Assembly (NCBI GenBank): GCA_027488835.1
Contig: JAIYAW010000004.1
Span: 71,271 to 135,270 of the forward strand
From: Bacteroidota bacterium
Lineage (GTDB): Bacteria; Bacteroidota; Bacteroidia; NS11-12g; UBA955
Length of the DNA: 64,000 nucleotides
Direction: 5' to 3'
The translations under genes and the position numbers were made by a program. Position 1 is the first letter of the stretch; each line of letters opens with the position of its first letter. Below, in pieces: positions 1-10,534 of this stretch. The notes beneath the pieces were generated by a model. The model ran no database searches, was not told the DNA's origin, and was given only the letters and a program-made list of their open reading frames with translations.

Positions 1-1632
1 ACTTAATCTATGCGCAATTACAATGGCTGTTCTCTTTTCTAACAGCAGCTGAATTGCGTTTTGAATCATTTCTTCGGTATGCGAATCAATTGAGCTTGTT
101 GCTTCATCTAAGACAATCATATCAGGCTTCATTGTGAGAGCACGAATAAACGAAATCAACTGTCTTTGTCCTTGGGAAAGTGATAAACCTCTTTCTTTTA
201 CATTGAAATCAAATCCACCCGGTAATTTTTCAATGAAATCGTATGCCCCAATTTCTCTTGCAACTTTTTCAATTTCAGACGAACTTACATCTTGGTTTTT
301 AAGCACCAAGTTGCTTTTTATACTCCCAGAGAAAAGAAATACATCTTGTAATACAACGGCAATTTTCTTTCTAAGTGTTTGCAGCTGGTAATCGTTTACA
401 TTTTTTCCATCAATAAGAATATCCCCTTTTTGATGTTGGTACATTTGGGTAACCAAATTGGCAATGGTTGTTTTACCGCTGCCGGTTGCACCCACAATAG
501 CCAACGATTTTCCCGCTTCAATGGTAAATGATATGTCCCTCAATATCCAATTTTCATCATTGTAAGCAAACCATATGTTTTTGAATTCAATGTCTCCATT
601 TATTTTTTGAGGGATATAAGTTCCTGTTTTTTCAATGTTCTCTTCAGAATCTATTAGCAAAAATATTCTTTCAGCACTCACTATTCCCATTTGGATATTG
701 TTAAAACGATCTGCAATGGCACGAACGGGTCTAAAAAACAAGTTGATAAACATAATAAACGCGGTAAGTTCGCCAAGATGAATGGTTTGTTTTAAAACAG
801 CTTGGCTACCAAAACTCACAATAATTGCAAAAGCAACCGCAATCAATGCTTCAACAATGGGAAAGAAAATGGAATAGTAAAATATACTTCTGATATTGGC
901 AGCTTTGTGTTTTTTATTGATAGCCTCGAATTTTTGATATTCACGTTCTTGCTGATTAAACAATTGAACAATTTGCATACCTGTAATTCTTTCCTGTAAA
1001 AACGCATTCAAATTGGCAACTTGGTTACGCACTTCTTGAAATGTATCGCGAATACCTTTTCTGAATTTGTTTGCACTGTACATCAAAATAGGAATTACCA
1101 ATAACGTTAAAAATGTGAGTTTTACGTTGATATAAAACATACAAACCAAAATGGCAATGATTTGAATAAGATCACCGAGAATGGTAATAATTCCCGATGA
1201 AAATAAGTCTGTAATTGTTTGAATGTCGGAAATACTTCTGGTTACAGCCGTTCCCACGGGTGTTTTGTCAAAAAAGCTTAATTTTAATTGAATCAGATGG
1301 TCATAAACAAATTGTCGGAGTTTTAAAATAATAGATTGGGCAATTCTCTCCGATAAATAGGCATTCACAAATCCAAGACCTGCTTGTATAACCAACCATA
1401 CAACCAAAATGCCACACCAAAAAGAAAGCAAGTGAAATTTGTTTGCTAAAATCACTTGGTCAATTACAATTTTATATAAATAGGGTTGTGTGGCAGTAAG
1501 TAAACTTTGGATAATTGTTAAAGAAATAGCGAGTACAATCCATGTTTTTTGAAACTGAGCCAATTTGAGCAATCTCAATAATAAATGCCATTGTGAGGTG
1601 AATTTGGTTTTCTTCTCGGTCATTACCTCACA
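1..1632 (-). CDS. ABC transporter permease/ATP-binding protein (MsbA-like lipid/multidrug exporter). The C-terminus is truncated by the window edge.
   Basis: Read by hand on the reverse strand (not in the ORF track because it runs off the window). ATG at 1632-1630 gives MTEKKTKFTSQWHLLLRLLKL..., with an N-terminal transmembrane domain. Walker A GATGSGKTT at about 470-500. ABC signature LSQGQRQLI at about 150-180. The AIVIAHRLS motif sits at the window edge. Confidence 0.8.
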
Positions 1633-1748
1633 AAACTACTTTGAAGTTTCCAAATGCCCTAATTCTATTAGTGTCTTCGGGTAATTGTGTAAAACTTTTG
1701 TAGGTAAATGATTTGCATAACCCCTTCATCATTAGTTAATATTGTAGT

Positions 1749-2366
1749 ATGGCTCGTCACATTGCAATTGCTGGAAATATTGGTGCAGGAAAAACTACTT
1801 TAACTCATTTGTTATCTAAACATTATGGTTGGGAAATGCAATTAGAAGACATGGATGACAATCCATATATTTCTGATTTTTACGAAGACATGCAACGTTG
1901 GAGTTTTAATTTACAAGTGTATTTTTTGAATACACGTTGGAAACACGTTCAAGATATTCGTAAAGGTGAAAAAACGGTTGTTCAAGATCGCACAATTTAT
2001 GAAGATGCCTATATTTTTGCGCCAAATTTACATTCCATGGGATTGATGAGCACCCGTGATTTTGAAAACTATAGCCGCCTTTTTGAGAACATCAGTACCC
2101 AAATTGAACAACCAGATTTATTGATTTACTTGCGTGCCTCAATTCCCAAATTAGTTGATCAAATTCAAATGCGTGGGCGCGATTATGAAGATGCCATTCG
2201 TTTGGATTATTTAAAAAGATTGAATGAACGTTACGAAGCGTGGATTGGCGATTATAAAGGCCAATTGCTAATATTTAATGTAGATGATATGGATTTTCAA
2301 GAAAACCCAGAAGATCTATCTCAAATTATTGCACAAGTTGAAAGCACATTGAACGGTTTGTTTTAA
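1749..2366 (+). CDS. deoxynucleoside kinase (dAK/dGK/dCK family)
   Basis: 205 aa. P-loop IAIAGNIGAGKTTL at the N-terminus. ATG start at 1749. Confidence 0.85.
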   Translation: MARHIAIAGNIGAGKTTLTHLLSKHYGWEMQLEDMDDNPYISDFYEDMQRWSFNLQVYFLNTRWKHVQDIRKGEKTVVQDRTIYEDAYIFAPNLHSMGLMSTRDFENYSRLFENISTQIEQPDLLIYLRASIPKLVDQIQMRGRDYEDAIRLDYLKRLNERYEAWIGDYKGQLLIFNVDDMDFQENPEDLSQIIAQVESTLNGLF

Positions 2367-2794
2367 TGTCTTTAGATTATTCAGAATATCTATCTCTAGT
2401 TCAGGTTCGCCCTGATGATATTGATTTGTTTGGACATGTTCACAGCGCCAAATATCTAGACTATTTCTTAGCTGCTCGTTTTGAGCAAATGCAGAAAAAT
2501 TATTTATGTGGTATGGATGAATTCTTAAGCAAAGGACTTGGTTGGTTTTTGCAAGATTTTGACATTTCATTCAAAAGGCAACTCAAAATGGGCGATGTGG
2601 CCAATGTCTTCACAAGAATAATTTTACTTGAAAGAACCGGATCTATTGTTGGATTTCGAATGAACAATGCTGCAAATAAGTTGGTTGCCGAAGGCAAAGC
2701 TAAATTTGCGTTGGTAGATATAAAAACGGCAAGAGCAGTTTCTGTTCCTGACTGGGTTGTAGATCGTTACTCTGTGAAAGAACAAAATACTTAA
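2366..2794 (+). CDS. acyl-CoA thioesterase, hotdog fold (YbgC/4HBT-like)
   Basis: 142 aa. Its start overlaps the upstream stop (TAATG). Thioesterase-like N-terminus with ...DIDLFGHVHSAKYLDYF.... Confidence 0.65.
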   Translation: MSLDYSEYLSLVQVRPDDIDLFGHVHSAKYLDYFLAARFEQMQKNYLCGMDEFLSKGLGWFLQDFDISFKRQLKMGDVANVFTRIILLERTGSIVGFRMNNAANKLVAEGKAKFALVDIKTARAVSVPDWVVDRYSVKEQNT

Positions 2795-2816
2795 ATACAA
2801 TTCCTTACATTTGAAT

Positions 2817-4832
2817 ATGCATTTTCAACAGCCTGGTTTTTTGTGGGGATTTCTGTTAATTTTACTTCCGATCATTATTCATTTATTCCAGTTTAGAAAA
2901 TTTAAAACAATTTATTTTCCTGGCGTTTTTAGATTGGTTGAACAATTAAATGCTTCTAAAAAACAAAAAACAATTAAGCATTGGTGGCTCTTGATTACGC
3001 GATCATTGGCAATTTTCTTTTTGGTTTTATCCTTTTCTATGCCATCTTGTAATGAACAACATCAAGTAACTACACTCGAAAATAAGATTGTGGTGGTGAT
3101 AGATTGTTCGCCGAGTATGACGCTGCAAAGAAATGGTGAAGTGTTATTAGAAAAAGCCAAAAACGCAGGACGAAAGATTATTAAAAATGCGAGTGCAAAT
3201 ACTAAATTCGCAATCATTGCCAATCATTCTCAAATGTCTCAGCAATGGCTTGATTCGAGAGCGGCTTTGAATGTGATTAGTGAAATCCAAGCCAATCAAA
3301 TTCCAGAATCTCTTCCAGATTGGATGAAAAATATTGATCCATTAATTAGCGGAAACGACGGTAGTAATTTGTTTGTTTATTTAATTACCGACGCCAAACA
3401 AGATGTTTTTGAGGGATACAAGAATATCAATTATACGAATGCAATTTGGAAGGTTGTAGAAATTGAATCAATAGACTCAAGGAATTTTTCAATTGATTCC
3501 GCTTTTGTTACAAATCCTTGGAATGCCAATATCAAATCTCAAACTATCACTGCCCAGGTTTCTTGTTCGCAATCAGATTATGTGGGAAGTATAAATGTTC
3601 AGTTAATATCTGATGGCAAAATCATTGGCAACAGCAAAGCTGATTTCAATAAACAAAACAAATTAGAGGTCAATTTCTTATTGCCCAATGCATCTTTGAA
3701 TAAATTGAAATTAAGTATAGAAGACAATTCAATTCAGGCTGATAACTCGTTGTTGCTTCAATTGAATACAAGTGAAGAATTCCCTTTGGTTGTGAGTGGG
3801 AATAATCCCTTTGTAAATAGGTTATTAAAAACGCAATCTATTTTCCAAGTAAAACCATTTGATGGATTTGAAAAAATGAGTGCAGAAGTTAAAACTGCAG
3901 TTTTTTGCAATGTGGAAAATATGAATGCTGAAGCATTGATAAGAATATCTGAGTTAACGCAAAAAGGAGTAACTGTAGTTTGTATTCCACAATCAAAAAA
4001 TATCAATGCCAATGACTTTTTGGGACTGAAAGTGAATTTGAAAAAAGAAAAATACGCCATTGCTGCGGGTGGTTTGAATAATGATGTTTTTAAAAGTGCA
4101 TTTACAGAGGCCATTGATGAAAAAACCCAAATGCCTTTCGTGACTGAATATTTTCAAATTGAAAAGCAGATTGAGCCAAACTGGCAAACCATTTTAACCT
4201 TAGAAAACAACGATCCAATTTTATTAAAAAAAGAGTCAGGAAATGGAACTGTTTGGTTATGGTTGTCTGATTTTGAAACGGGGAGTGTTTCCTTTGCCAA
4301 ATCATCTTTGTTTTTGCCTTTATTTACCCAATTATTCATGGGGAGTTTTCAGGAAGCCAAACCCATACTTGGGTTTTTGAATTCAAGTAACCCTTTGCCT
4401 ATTTCTCATGTAAAGGAATTTAACATTGAAAAAGGTGCCGTTTTGAGAAGTGAACAATCTGAATGGATTGTGAATTTAGAAATGAGTGAATTTGGACTTG
4501 CCTTTAATACCCAATTCCAATCAAATAAACCAAGTTATTACGATTTATGTCCCTCAAAAGGAAGCAAGTTTAAGGAAATAATTGCACTGAATGCGCTTCG
4601 AACAGAGAGAGATTTAAAATCAATTTCTTTAGAAAGAAAAAATGAAATGCAACAGTTGGGTGTTAAATTTGTGGAAGAACAACAAATGTTGAATAAATTA
4701 ACAATGATTCAAGCTGATAATTCACTGTGGCGATTATTTTTATGGCTATCGGCCCTGTTTTTTGCAGGGGAAGTTGTATTATTGGTTTTGAAATATAAAA
4801 ATAAACAAACGAATTCGGTTAAAACTGTATGA
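2817..4832 (+). CDS. BatA-N-terminal-domain / von Willebrand factor A domain membrane protein
   Basis: The N-terminus has a double transmembrane segment plus the ...IIHLFQFRK motif typical of the BatA aerotolerance-like N-terminal domain. A vWA MIDAS motif VVVIDCSPSM (DxSxS) follows, and there is a C-terminal transmembrane segment. The ORF track starts at TTG 2811. The first ATG is at 2817. Confidence 0.7.
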   Translation: MHFQQPGFLWGFLLILLPIIIHLFQFRKFKTIYFPGVFRLVEQLNASKKQKTIKHWWLLITRSLAIFFLVLSFSMPSCNEQHQVTTLENKIVVVIDCSPSMTLQRNGEVLLEKAKNAGRKIIKNASANTKFAIIANHSQMSQQWLDSRAALNVISEIQANQIPESLPDWMKNIDPLISGNDGSNLFVYLITDAKQDVFEGYKNINYTNAIWKVVEIESIDSRNFSIDSAFVTNPWNANIKSQTITAQVSCSQSDYVGSINVQLISDGKIIGNSKADFNKQNKLEVNFLLPNASLNKLKLSIEDNSIQADNSLLLQLNTSEEFPLVVSGNNPFVNRLLKTQSIFQVKPFDGFEKMSAEVKTAVFCNVENMNAEALIRISELTQKGVTVVCIPQSKNINANDFLGLKVNLKKEKYAIAAGGLNNDVFKSAFTEAIDEKTQMPFVTEYFQIEKQIEPNWQTILTLENNDPILLKKESGNGTVWLWLSDFETGSVSFAKSSLFLPLFTQLFMGSFQEAKPILGFLNSSNPLPISHVKEFNIEKGAVLRSEQSEWIVNLEMSEFGLAFNTQFQSNKPSYYDLCPSKGSKFKEIIALNALRTERDLKSISLERKNEMQQLGVKFVEEQQMLNKLTMIQADNSLWRLFLWLSALFFAGEVVLLVLKYKNKQTNSVKTV

Positions 4833-6094
4833 CAAATAATCTTCTAATTAAATCTGCAAAAGTAATTGATGCCAAAAGCAAATGGAACAATCAATTGGTT
4901 GATGTTCTCATTGAAAATGGGAAAATTTCCAATATTGCTCCAAATATCAATCAAGCAAATATTGAAACTTTTGATGCAAGTGGGAATTGTATTTCACTTG
5001 GTTGGTTTGATGCATTTGCAACCTGCCCTGATCCTGGTGCACATTGGAAAGAAGATTTGATTTCATTGTCGCATGCTGCCCGAATTGGAGGATTTACATC
5101 TGTTGCCGCATTGTGTGGGTCAAATCCATTGCCTGAGAATGCAACAGTGATTTCTCAAATTAAACACGCATCAAATCAATGCGCTGTTCAGATTTATCCT
5201 TTAGGTCTTTCAAGTGAACATCAGTTAGGAAAAGAAATGGCCGAAGTGTTTGAAATGTTTCAAGCTGGAAGTATAGGTCAAACCGATGGAATCGTTTCTA
5301 GTGCTTCGGTTTCGCTAAGAAGCAAACTCATGCAATACTGTTCATCGTTGAATATTCCGTATTTACATTTTCCTTTTGAATCTAAATTGGTTACGGGAGG
5401 GGTTGTGAATGAAGGAATTGTCAATGTGAATTTAGGATTAAAAGGTTTGCCTGTTGCCAGTGAAACCATGGCAATTTTGTCGGATTTGGTAATGGCCGAA
5501 TGGTTAAATGTTCCTTTGCGAGTTATTGGAATCAGTAGTGCTGCATCGGTAGAAATAATAAGAAAAGCCAAAGCAGATGGATATGAAGTATATGCTGCCG
5601 TACCAATTATGAATTTGGCTTACAATGAAAATTCAGTTGGTGAATTTGACGAAAACTTTAAGGTTTACCCACCATTGAGAACGGAATTAGACCGACTGGC
5701 CTTAGTTCAAGGAGTTTTAGACGGTACCATTGATGCTATTATGAGTAACCACTGTCCAGAAGATGTTGAATCAAAAAACGTTGAATTTGAATATGCAACA
5801 TTTGGAGCAGCAACCTTACCTTCATTTTTTAATATGACGCTAGAAACTTTTGGATCTGACTTCAATAATGTTGTGAGTACGTTGGTCAATGGGGCCAACA
5901 AAATTTACAATATGCCTGAAAGGAATTTTGAAGTGGGTGAAATTGCCGATTTTACCATATTTTCAACCGAAGTAAATCATACATTAACAAAGCAAAATCA
6001 ATATACCAAAGCCTATAATGTTTTGGGATTAAATAAAACTACAAAAGGAAAAGTGATAGCAGTAGTTTCTAAAGGATTGTTGCACAATAATTAA
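4829..6094 (+). CDS. dihydroorotase-like amidohydrolase, probably non-catalytic (metal-binding HxH replaced)
   Basis: 421 aa with amidohydrolase-fold length and N-terminus (LIKSAKVID...VLIENGKI). The position of the DxHVHxRxPG motif reads FDAFATCPDPG, and the DHAPH region reads SNHCPED. ATGA overlap with the upstream gene. Confidence 0.65.
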   Translation: MTNNLLIKSAKVIDAKSKWNNQLVDVLIENGKISNIAPNINQANIETFDASGNCISLGWFDAFATCPDPGAHWKEDLISLSHAARIGGFTSVAALCGSNPLPENATVISQIKHASNQCAVQIYPLGLSSEHQLGKEMAEVFEMFQAGSIGQTDGIVSSASVSLRSKLMQYCSSLNIPYLHFPFESKLVTGGVVNEGIVNVNLGLKGLPVASETMAILSDLVMAEWLNVPLRVIGISSAASVEIIRKAKADGYEVYAAVPIMNLAYNENSVGEFDENFKVYPPLRTELDRLALVQGVLDGTIDAIMSNHCPEDVESKNVEFEYATFGAATLPSFFNMTLETFGSDFNNVVSTLVNGANKIYNMPERNFEVGEIADFTIFSTEVNHTLTKQNQYTKAYNVLGLNKTTKGKVIAVVSKGLLHNN

Positions 6095-6095
6095 T

Positions 6096-6662
6096 ATGGA
6101 AAAGTTAAAATTGATTTTTAATCGTCCTGCGGTGATTCATGGCCTTCTGGCCGGAGCTTTGCTTTTTGCAGTAAAAATGGTTTTTCTTTTTTCCGGGAAT
6201 TTCAACTATCGTTATTCTCCAACTTTTCCGATGTTGTCGTTTTTGCCTATATATGCGGCAATTTTGATCAGCGGAAAGGCTGAAAGGGCAATTCTAGGTG
6301 AAGGTTATACTTACAAAAGAGCCCTGTTTGCAGCTTTAAGAACGATTTCTATTGCCGTTGTGATATCAATATTGGCCGATAAAATTGCATTGTCATCTAG
6401 CCCGCAAGTCTTAACCCAAGTTATCGAAATTGAAAGGGCACAAAAATTAGAAATATTTAAAGCGCTCCCCAATTTATACGATAACAGCCAGAAAGATTTT
6501 ATTATGTCGAATATCCATCCAAATAATTGGTTGGAGATCATTGGCAAAATGATAGGTTTGATTATTTCAAATGGATTGTTGGCATTGATCGTTGTAAATT
6601 CAACCAAGTTTAGAAAGCCTAAAAATAATTGGTTGAATAATAACGATGTAGAAAATTCATGA
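6096..6662 (+). CDS. DUF4199 family membrane protein
   Basis: 188 aa. Multi-pass hydrophobic profile. The Bacteroidota-typical N-terminus PAVIHGLLAGALLFAVKMVF matches DUF4199. Confidence 0.55.
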   Translation: MEKLKLIFNRPAVIHGLLAGALLFAVKMVFLFSGNFNYRYSPTFPMLSFLPIYAAILISGKAERAILGEGYTYKRALFAALRTISIAVVISILADKIALSSSPQVLTQVIEIERAQKLEIFKALPNLYDNSQKDFIMSNIHPNNWLEIIGKMIGLIISNGLLALIVVNSTKFRKPKNNWLNNNDVENS

Positions 6663-7459
6663 TACGCGAAATTTCTAGCTTCCAAAATGATTGGGTAAAA
6701 CACATTAAAGTTTTACAAGAGAAAAATCGCGCCCGCAAAAAAGAAGGTGTCTTTCTTGTTGAGGGACTTATCGAAATCAAATTGTGTATTGAGGCTGGTT
6801 ATAGAGTTAAAGAACTTGCTTTTTGTAGGGATTTGATTTCTGATGGACATTTGTCTGAGAGAATTGGAATTGAATTAGATACAATTGCGAATATATATTT
6901 ACTTTCCTCTGCCGTTTTTGAATCGTTGGCATACAGGGGTGGTGTTGAGAATGCCATTGCAGTAGTTGCATTCCCAGAACAAAGGCCCACATTGAATGAT
7001 TTGAAATCAGATGGGTTGTATTTGGTAGCAGAAGCGGTTGAGAAACCAGGTAATTTAGGTGCAATACTAAGAACAGCCGATGCATCCAAAATGGATGCAA
7101 TTATAGTTTGTGATGAGTTGTTGGATGTTTTTCATCCTAATGTAATAAGAAATAGTTTGGGATGTGTTTTTACTGTTCCTGTAATTGTTTGTAGTTCAAA
7201 TGATGCCATTGATATGTTCCAGAAGAAGAATATTCAAATTTTTTCTACTTTTATGGATGAGTCAATTTCATTGTTTGATGCAAACTTAACCGGTGGCGTG
7301 GCATTGGTAGTTGGAACTGAACATCAAGGCTTGTCTGGTTCTTGGAGAAACGTTGGACAAAATATTAATATTCCAATGCTTGGTTTTGTTGATAGTTTAA
7401 ACGTTTCTGTTGCTTCAGCGGTATTAATGTACGAAGCGAGGCGCCAACGAATTAAATAA
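6659..7459 (+). CDS. TrmH/SpoU family RNA 2'-O-methyltransferase
   Basis: 266 aa. SpoU methylase motifs GNLGAILRTADA and ...VVGTEHQGLS. Start overlaps the upstream stop. Confidence 0.8.
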   Translation: MIREISSFQNDWVKHIKVLQEKNRARKKEGVFLVEGLIEIKLCIEAGYRVKELAFCRDLISDGHLSERIGIELDTIANIYLLSSAVFESLAYRGGVENAIAVVAFPEQRPTLNDLKSDGLYLVAEAVEKPGNLGAILRTADASKMDAIIVCDELLDVFHPNVIRNSLGCVFTVPVIVCSSNDAIDMFQKKNIQIFSTFMDESISLFDANLTGGVALVVGTEHQGLSGSWRNVGQNINIPMLGFVDSLNVSVASAVLMYEARRQRIK

Positions 7460-7477
7460 ATTTCGTATTATTGTATT

Positions 7478-8806
7478 GTGCAAAAAATAGCAATTCTTGG
7501 CGCGGGCAGAAGTGCCGGTTATTTAATCGAACATTTGTCCCTTGTAGCAAAAGCCAAAAGCTGGGAATTGAAGGTTTATGATCGAGATTTTGAGGGATAT
7601 TTTTCATCCTTTGGAGAAAATGTCAATTGCATTTTTGAACAGTCCAATTTGGCCGATCTCAAAACTTTAGAATCTATTGTTAAATATTCCGATCTTGTAA
7701 TTAGTGTGTTGCCTCCATCGATGCATTTTGGGGTGGCTCGCTTTTGTGTTTTGCATGGAACACATCTGGTAACAGCTTCTTATATCTCGCCTGAAATGAA
7801 AGCGTTGCATGATGTGGCGGTTGAAAATGATGTTGTGCTTTTAAATGAGTTAGGGCTGGATCCTGGAATTGATCATTTGTCTGCTGCAAAAGCGATTTTT
7901 GAAATACAAGAAAAAGGGGGTGAAATTTTTCGATTTGAAAGTTATTGTGGTGGATTAATTACTGAAAGTGATTGCATGGGCAATCCTTGGAAGTATAAAT
8001 TTACTTGGAATCCTAGAAATGTTGTTTTGGCAGGGCAAGGAGGTAAAAGTAAATGGATTGCAAATGGGGAATTACATCAAATTGCTCCGTCCGATGTTTT
8101 TAAACACGTCAAAAGATTTGATTTTCCTGGGTTAGGAGAAATTGAGGCCTATCCAAATAGAGATAGTTTAAGTTACATAGATCAATATCATTTAAAGGGC
8201 GTAAAAACAATGCTACGAGGAACCTTGCGAAGGGTTGGTTACTGCGAGGCTTGGCAAATGTTGATTGATGCGGGATTTACGGACGATGAAAAAGGAATAG
8301 ATTTGGTTTTTGCGAATAGAAGAGATTGGTTTGAATTTATTACCAAATGCAAGTCAGTTGAAGATTGGTTTGTTCAACTGAATTTAACCAGCAGTGAAGT
8401 TTTAGAGAAATTAAAATTCTTAGAATTGGATTCAGAAAATACCAATTCGTTAGATAATCATACTCATGCTGCACATTTGCAAAATATCCTTCAAGAAAAA
8501 TGGAAACTGAATGAATCTGATAAAGATGAAGTATTGATGGTGCATAAAATTGGATATACGTTAAACAATAATCAATTCGAATATGCTGCAACATTGCGCA
8601 TTATTGGTGAGGGAGGAGCCCATACAGCAATGGCCAAAACAGTAGGATTGCCCCTGGCATTAGGTGCCATAGCAATATTGGATGGCAGTATTAAAGAACG
8701 TGGATGCTTGATGCCATTTAATGTGATTTGGGGAAAACAGATATTGCTCCAATTGGAAGAACTTGGAATACAATTTGTGGAGACGATACAACAAATTAAT
8801 AATTAA
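7478..8806 (+). CDS. saccharopine dehydrogenase family NAD(P)-binding protein
   Basis: 442 aa. N-terminal Rossmann motif KIAILGAGRSAG. Size and composition fit saccharopine dehydrogenase. GTG start. Confidence 0.75.
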   Translation: MQKIAILGAGRSAGYLIEHLSLVAKAKSWELKVYDRDFEGYFSSFGENVNCIFEQSNLADLKTLESIVKYSDLVISVLPPSMHFGVARFCVLHGTHLVTASYISPEMKALHDVAVENDVVLLNELGLDPGIDHLSAAKAIFEIQEKGGEIFRFESYCGGLITESDCMGNPWKYKFTWNPRNVVLAGQGGKSKWIANGELHQIAPSDVFKHVKRFDFPGLGEIEAYPNRDSLSYIDQYHLKGVKTMLRGTLRRVGYCEAWQMLIDAGFTDDEKGIDLVFANRRDWFEFITKCKSVEDWFVQLNLTSSEVLEKLKFLELDSENTNSLDNHTHAAHLQNILQEKWKLNESDKDEVLMVHKIGYTLNNNQFEYAATLRIIGEGGAHTAMAKTVGLPLALGAIAILDGSIKERGCLMPFNVIWGKQILLQLEELGIQFVETIQQINN

Positions 8807-8877
8807 TTATTTGTAGTTTTATCCACACAGTATATTTTCAGAATTCATTTTTGTATTTTTGATAAAACTTTATTCCC

Positions 8878-10065
8878 ATGATAAAACAATTTTTCTTATT
8901 TTTTATTGCGTTCTGCTGCAGCATTTTAAATGTAATTGCACAACAAGATACAGTAGTTAATTTTGAGCAGAATTTACCCGGACACACAAATGCGGTAGAA
9001 ACTGTGGCGTATTCGAAAGATGGTAAATTTTTAATTTCAGGGAGTTGGGATAATACAGCAAGGTTATACACTGTTGATACCAGCGGTGGTATTGCATTTT
9101 CAAAATCATTCACGGGTCATTTTGCTGCAGTTACTGCGGTGGCAATTAATTACCAAAGTACAATGGTTGCAACGGGTTCTAAAGATTTCACAGTAAGGGT
9201 CTATGACATTGCTACTGGTAAACTTTTATTCGTTTCGCGCGATCATAAAGAAGCCATTTCTAATTTGTTATTTGACCCAGCTGGTATGGTTTTGTTTAGT
9301 AGCTCACATGATGGTTCAATTCGTTTGTACGATGTGGTGAATTTTGAGAATAATAAAGCTGAAAAAGCTTTGCAATTCGGAACTAAAATCAATGATTTTA
9401 TACTGTCAACAGCAAAAGGTGCTTTTTTGGTTGCTTCCGCAAAGCCCTTAATAGAACAAATAACCTTAAAGAAAACTGTAACGAAATCTTTTGCAGGTCA
9501 TACTGGTCCGGTAAATTGTTTAGATCTGTCCCCCAATAAAAAAATATTGGCTAGCGGTTCAGACGATAAATCAATCATTATTTGGGACATGGCTAGCGCT
9601 ACAGTTTTGAAAAAATTAACGGGGCATGCTTGGAAAGTAACTTCGGTACAATTTTCTCCAGATGGCAAATATCTAGTGAGTACTTGTAACACCGGAGAAA
9701 TTAAACTTTGGAATTTGGAAACAGGAAAATGTATGACGAATATTCAACCAAAAGGCACAAATGCACGTCAAGCTAGTTTTAACGCCAATGAAACTAGAAT
9801 TGCTGTTGCAAGTTTGCAAACAGGCGGTTCTTATGGAGTTTCTATATATAAAACCCCAATTCGTTATATTCCATTTGTGAAAAAGCAAATGATTAAAGGT
9901 AAAAATGGCAAAATGGTGCCCGCACCAAATTCAGGTCAGCCTCAAGAAGATTGGGCGTGGTCTGATGATGCTGAAGGAAACAAATCTAATGATAAATCTG
10001 GCACCGCAGCTGATGGTTCTACCAAAACTGAAAAACCTAAAACATTACCTAAAAAGAAAAACTAA
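8878..10065 (+). CDS. WD40-repeat protein with N-terminal signal peptide
   Basis: 395 aa. Signal peptide MIKQFFLFFIAFCCSILNVIAQQ. Multiple WD repeats (GH...SGSWDNTARLY, GSKDFTVRVYD, SSSHDGSIRLYD, GSDDKSIIIWD, ...IKLWN). Low-complexity K/E-rich tail. Confidence 0.75.
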   Translation: MIKQFFLFFIAFCCSILNVIAQQDTVVNFEQNLPGHTNAVETVAYSKDGKFLISGSWDNTARLYTVDTSGGIAFSKSFTGHFAAVTAVAINYQSTMVATGSKDFTVRVYDIATGKLLFVSRDHKEAISNLLFDPAGMVLFSSSHDGSIRLYDVVNFENNKAEKALQFGTKINDFILSTAKGAFLVASAKPLIEQITLKKTVTKSFAGHTGPVNCLDLSPNKKILASGSDDKSIIIWDMASATVLKKLTGHAWKVTSVQFSPDGKYLVSTCNTGEIKLWNLETGKCMTNIQPKGTNARQASFNANETRIAVASLQTGGSYGVSIYKTPIRYIPFVKKQMIKGKNGKMVPAPNSGQPQEDWAWSDDAEGNKSNDKSGTAADGSTKTEKPKTLPKKKN

Positions 10066-10478
10066 TGAGTGAATTATTTAATAGTAGCAAAGCCCCTGAG
10101 CCAGTAGGATTGTATCCTCATGCACGCAGGGTAGGTAATTTGTTGTTTTTGAGTGGCGTTGGTCCAAGAGAAAAAGGCACAAAGGTTATTCCGGGTGTGG
10201 AATTAGACGAAAATAGAAATATTCTAAGTTACGACATTGAAACACAGTGCCGTTCGGTATTTCAGAATGTTCGTTGGATATTGGAAGATGCAGGAAGCAG
10301 TTGGAACAACATTGTTGATGTTACGGTTTTTCTTACAAATATGAAAGACGATTTTCCTATTTATAACAAACTTTGGGCAGAATATTTTGGTGAAAATCCA
10401 CCTTGCAGAACTACGTTAGAAATTAATTGTTTGCCAACGCCCATTGGCATTGAGCTTAAAGTGATAGCAACGATATAA
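10065..10478 (+). CDS. ridA: RidA/YjgF family reactive intermediate deaminase
   Basis: 137 aa. YjgF-family length and motifs. ATG overlaps the upstream TAA. Confidence 0.8.
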   Translation: MSELFNSSKAPEPVGLYPHARRVGNLLFLSGVGPREKGTKVIPGVELDENRNILSYDIETQCRSVFQNVRWILEDAGSSWNNIVDVTVFLTNMKDDFPIYNKLWAEYFGENPPCRTTLEINCLPTPIGIELKVIATI

Positions 10479-10495
10479 AGTTATTTGATACAAAC

Positions 10496-10527
10496 AAAAA
10501 ACCTTGAAGATTTTTCAAGGTTTTTTT
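10496..10527. terminator. bidirectional rho-independent terminator between convergent ridA and xerD
   Basis: AAAAACCTTGAAGATTTTTCAAGGTTTTTTT forms a perfect 8-bp stem and is flanked by A/T runs on both sides. Confidence 0.6.
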
Positions 10528-10534
10528 GTTGGTG

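Noticed and set aside
134-999. Plus-strand ORFs 134-391 and 802-999
   Set aside because: They lie antisense within the hand-verified minus-strand ABC exporter gene (Walker A, signature and H-loop motifs read correctly on the reverse strand).
6768-6782. Shared 11-mer GAGGGACTTAT at 6768 and 38411 as a DNA motif
   Set aside because: Both instances are in-frame and encode the peptide E-G-L-I-E in unrelated proteins. This is a protein-level coincidence.
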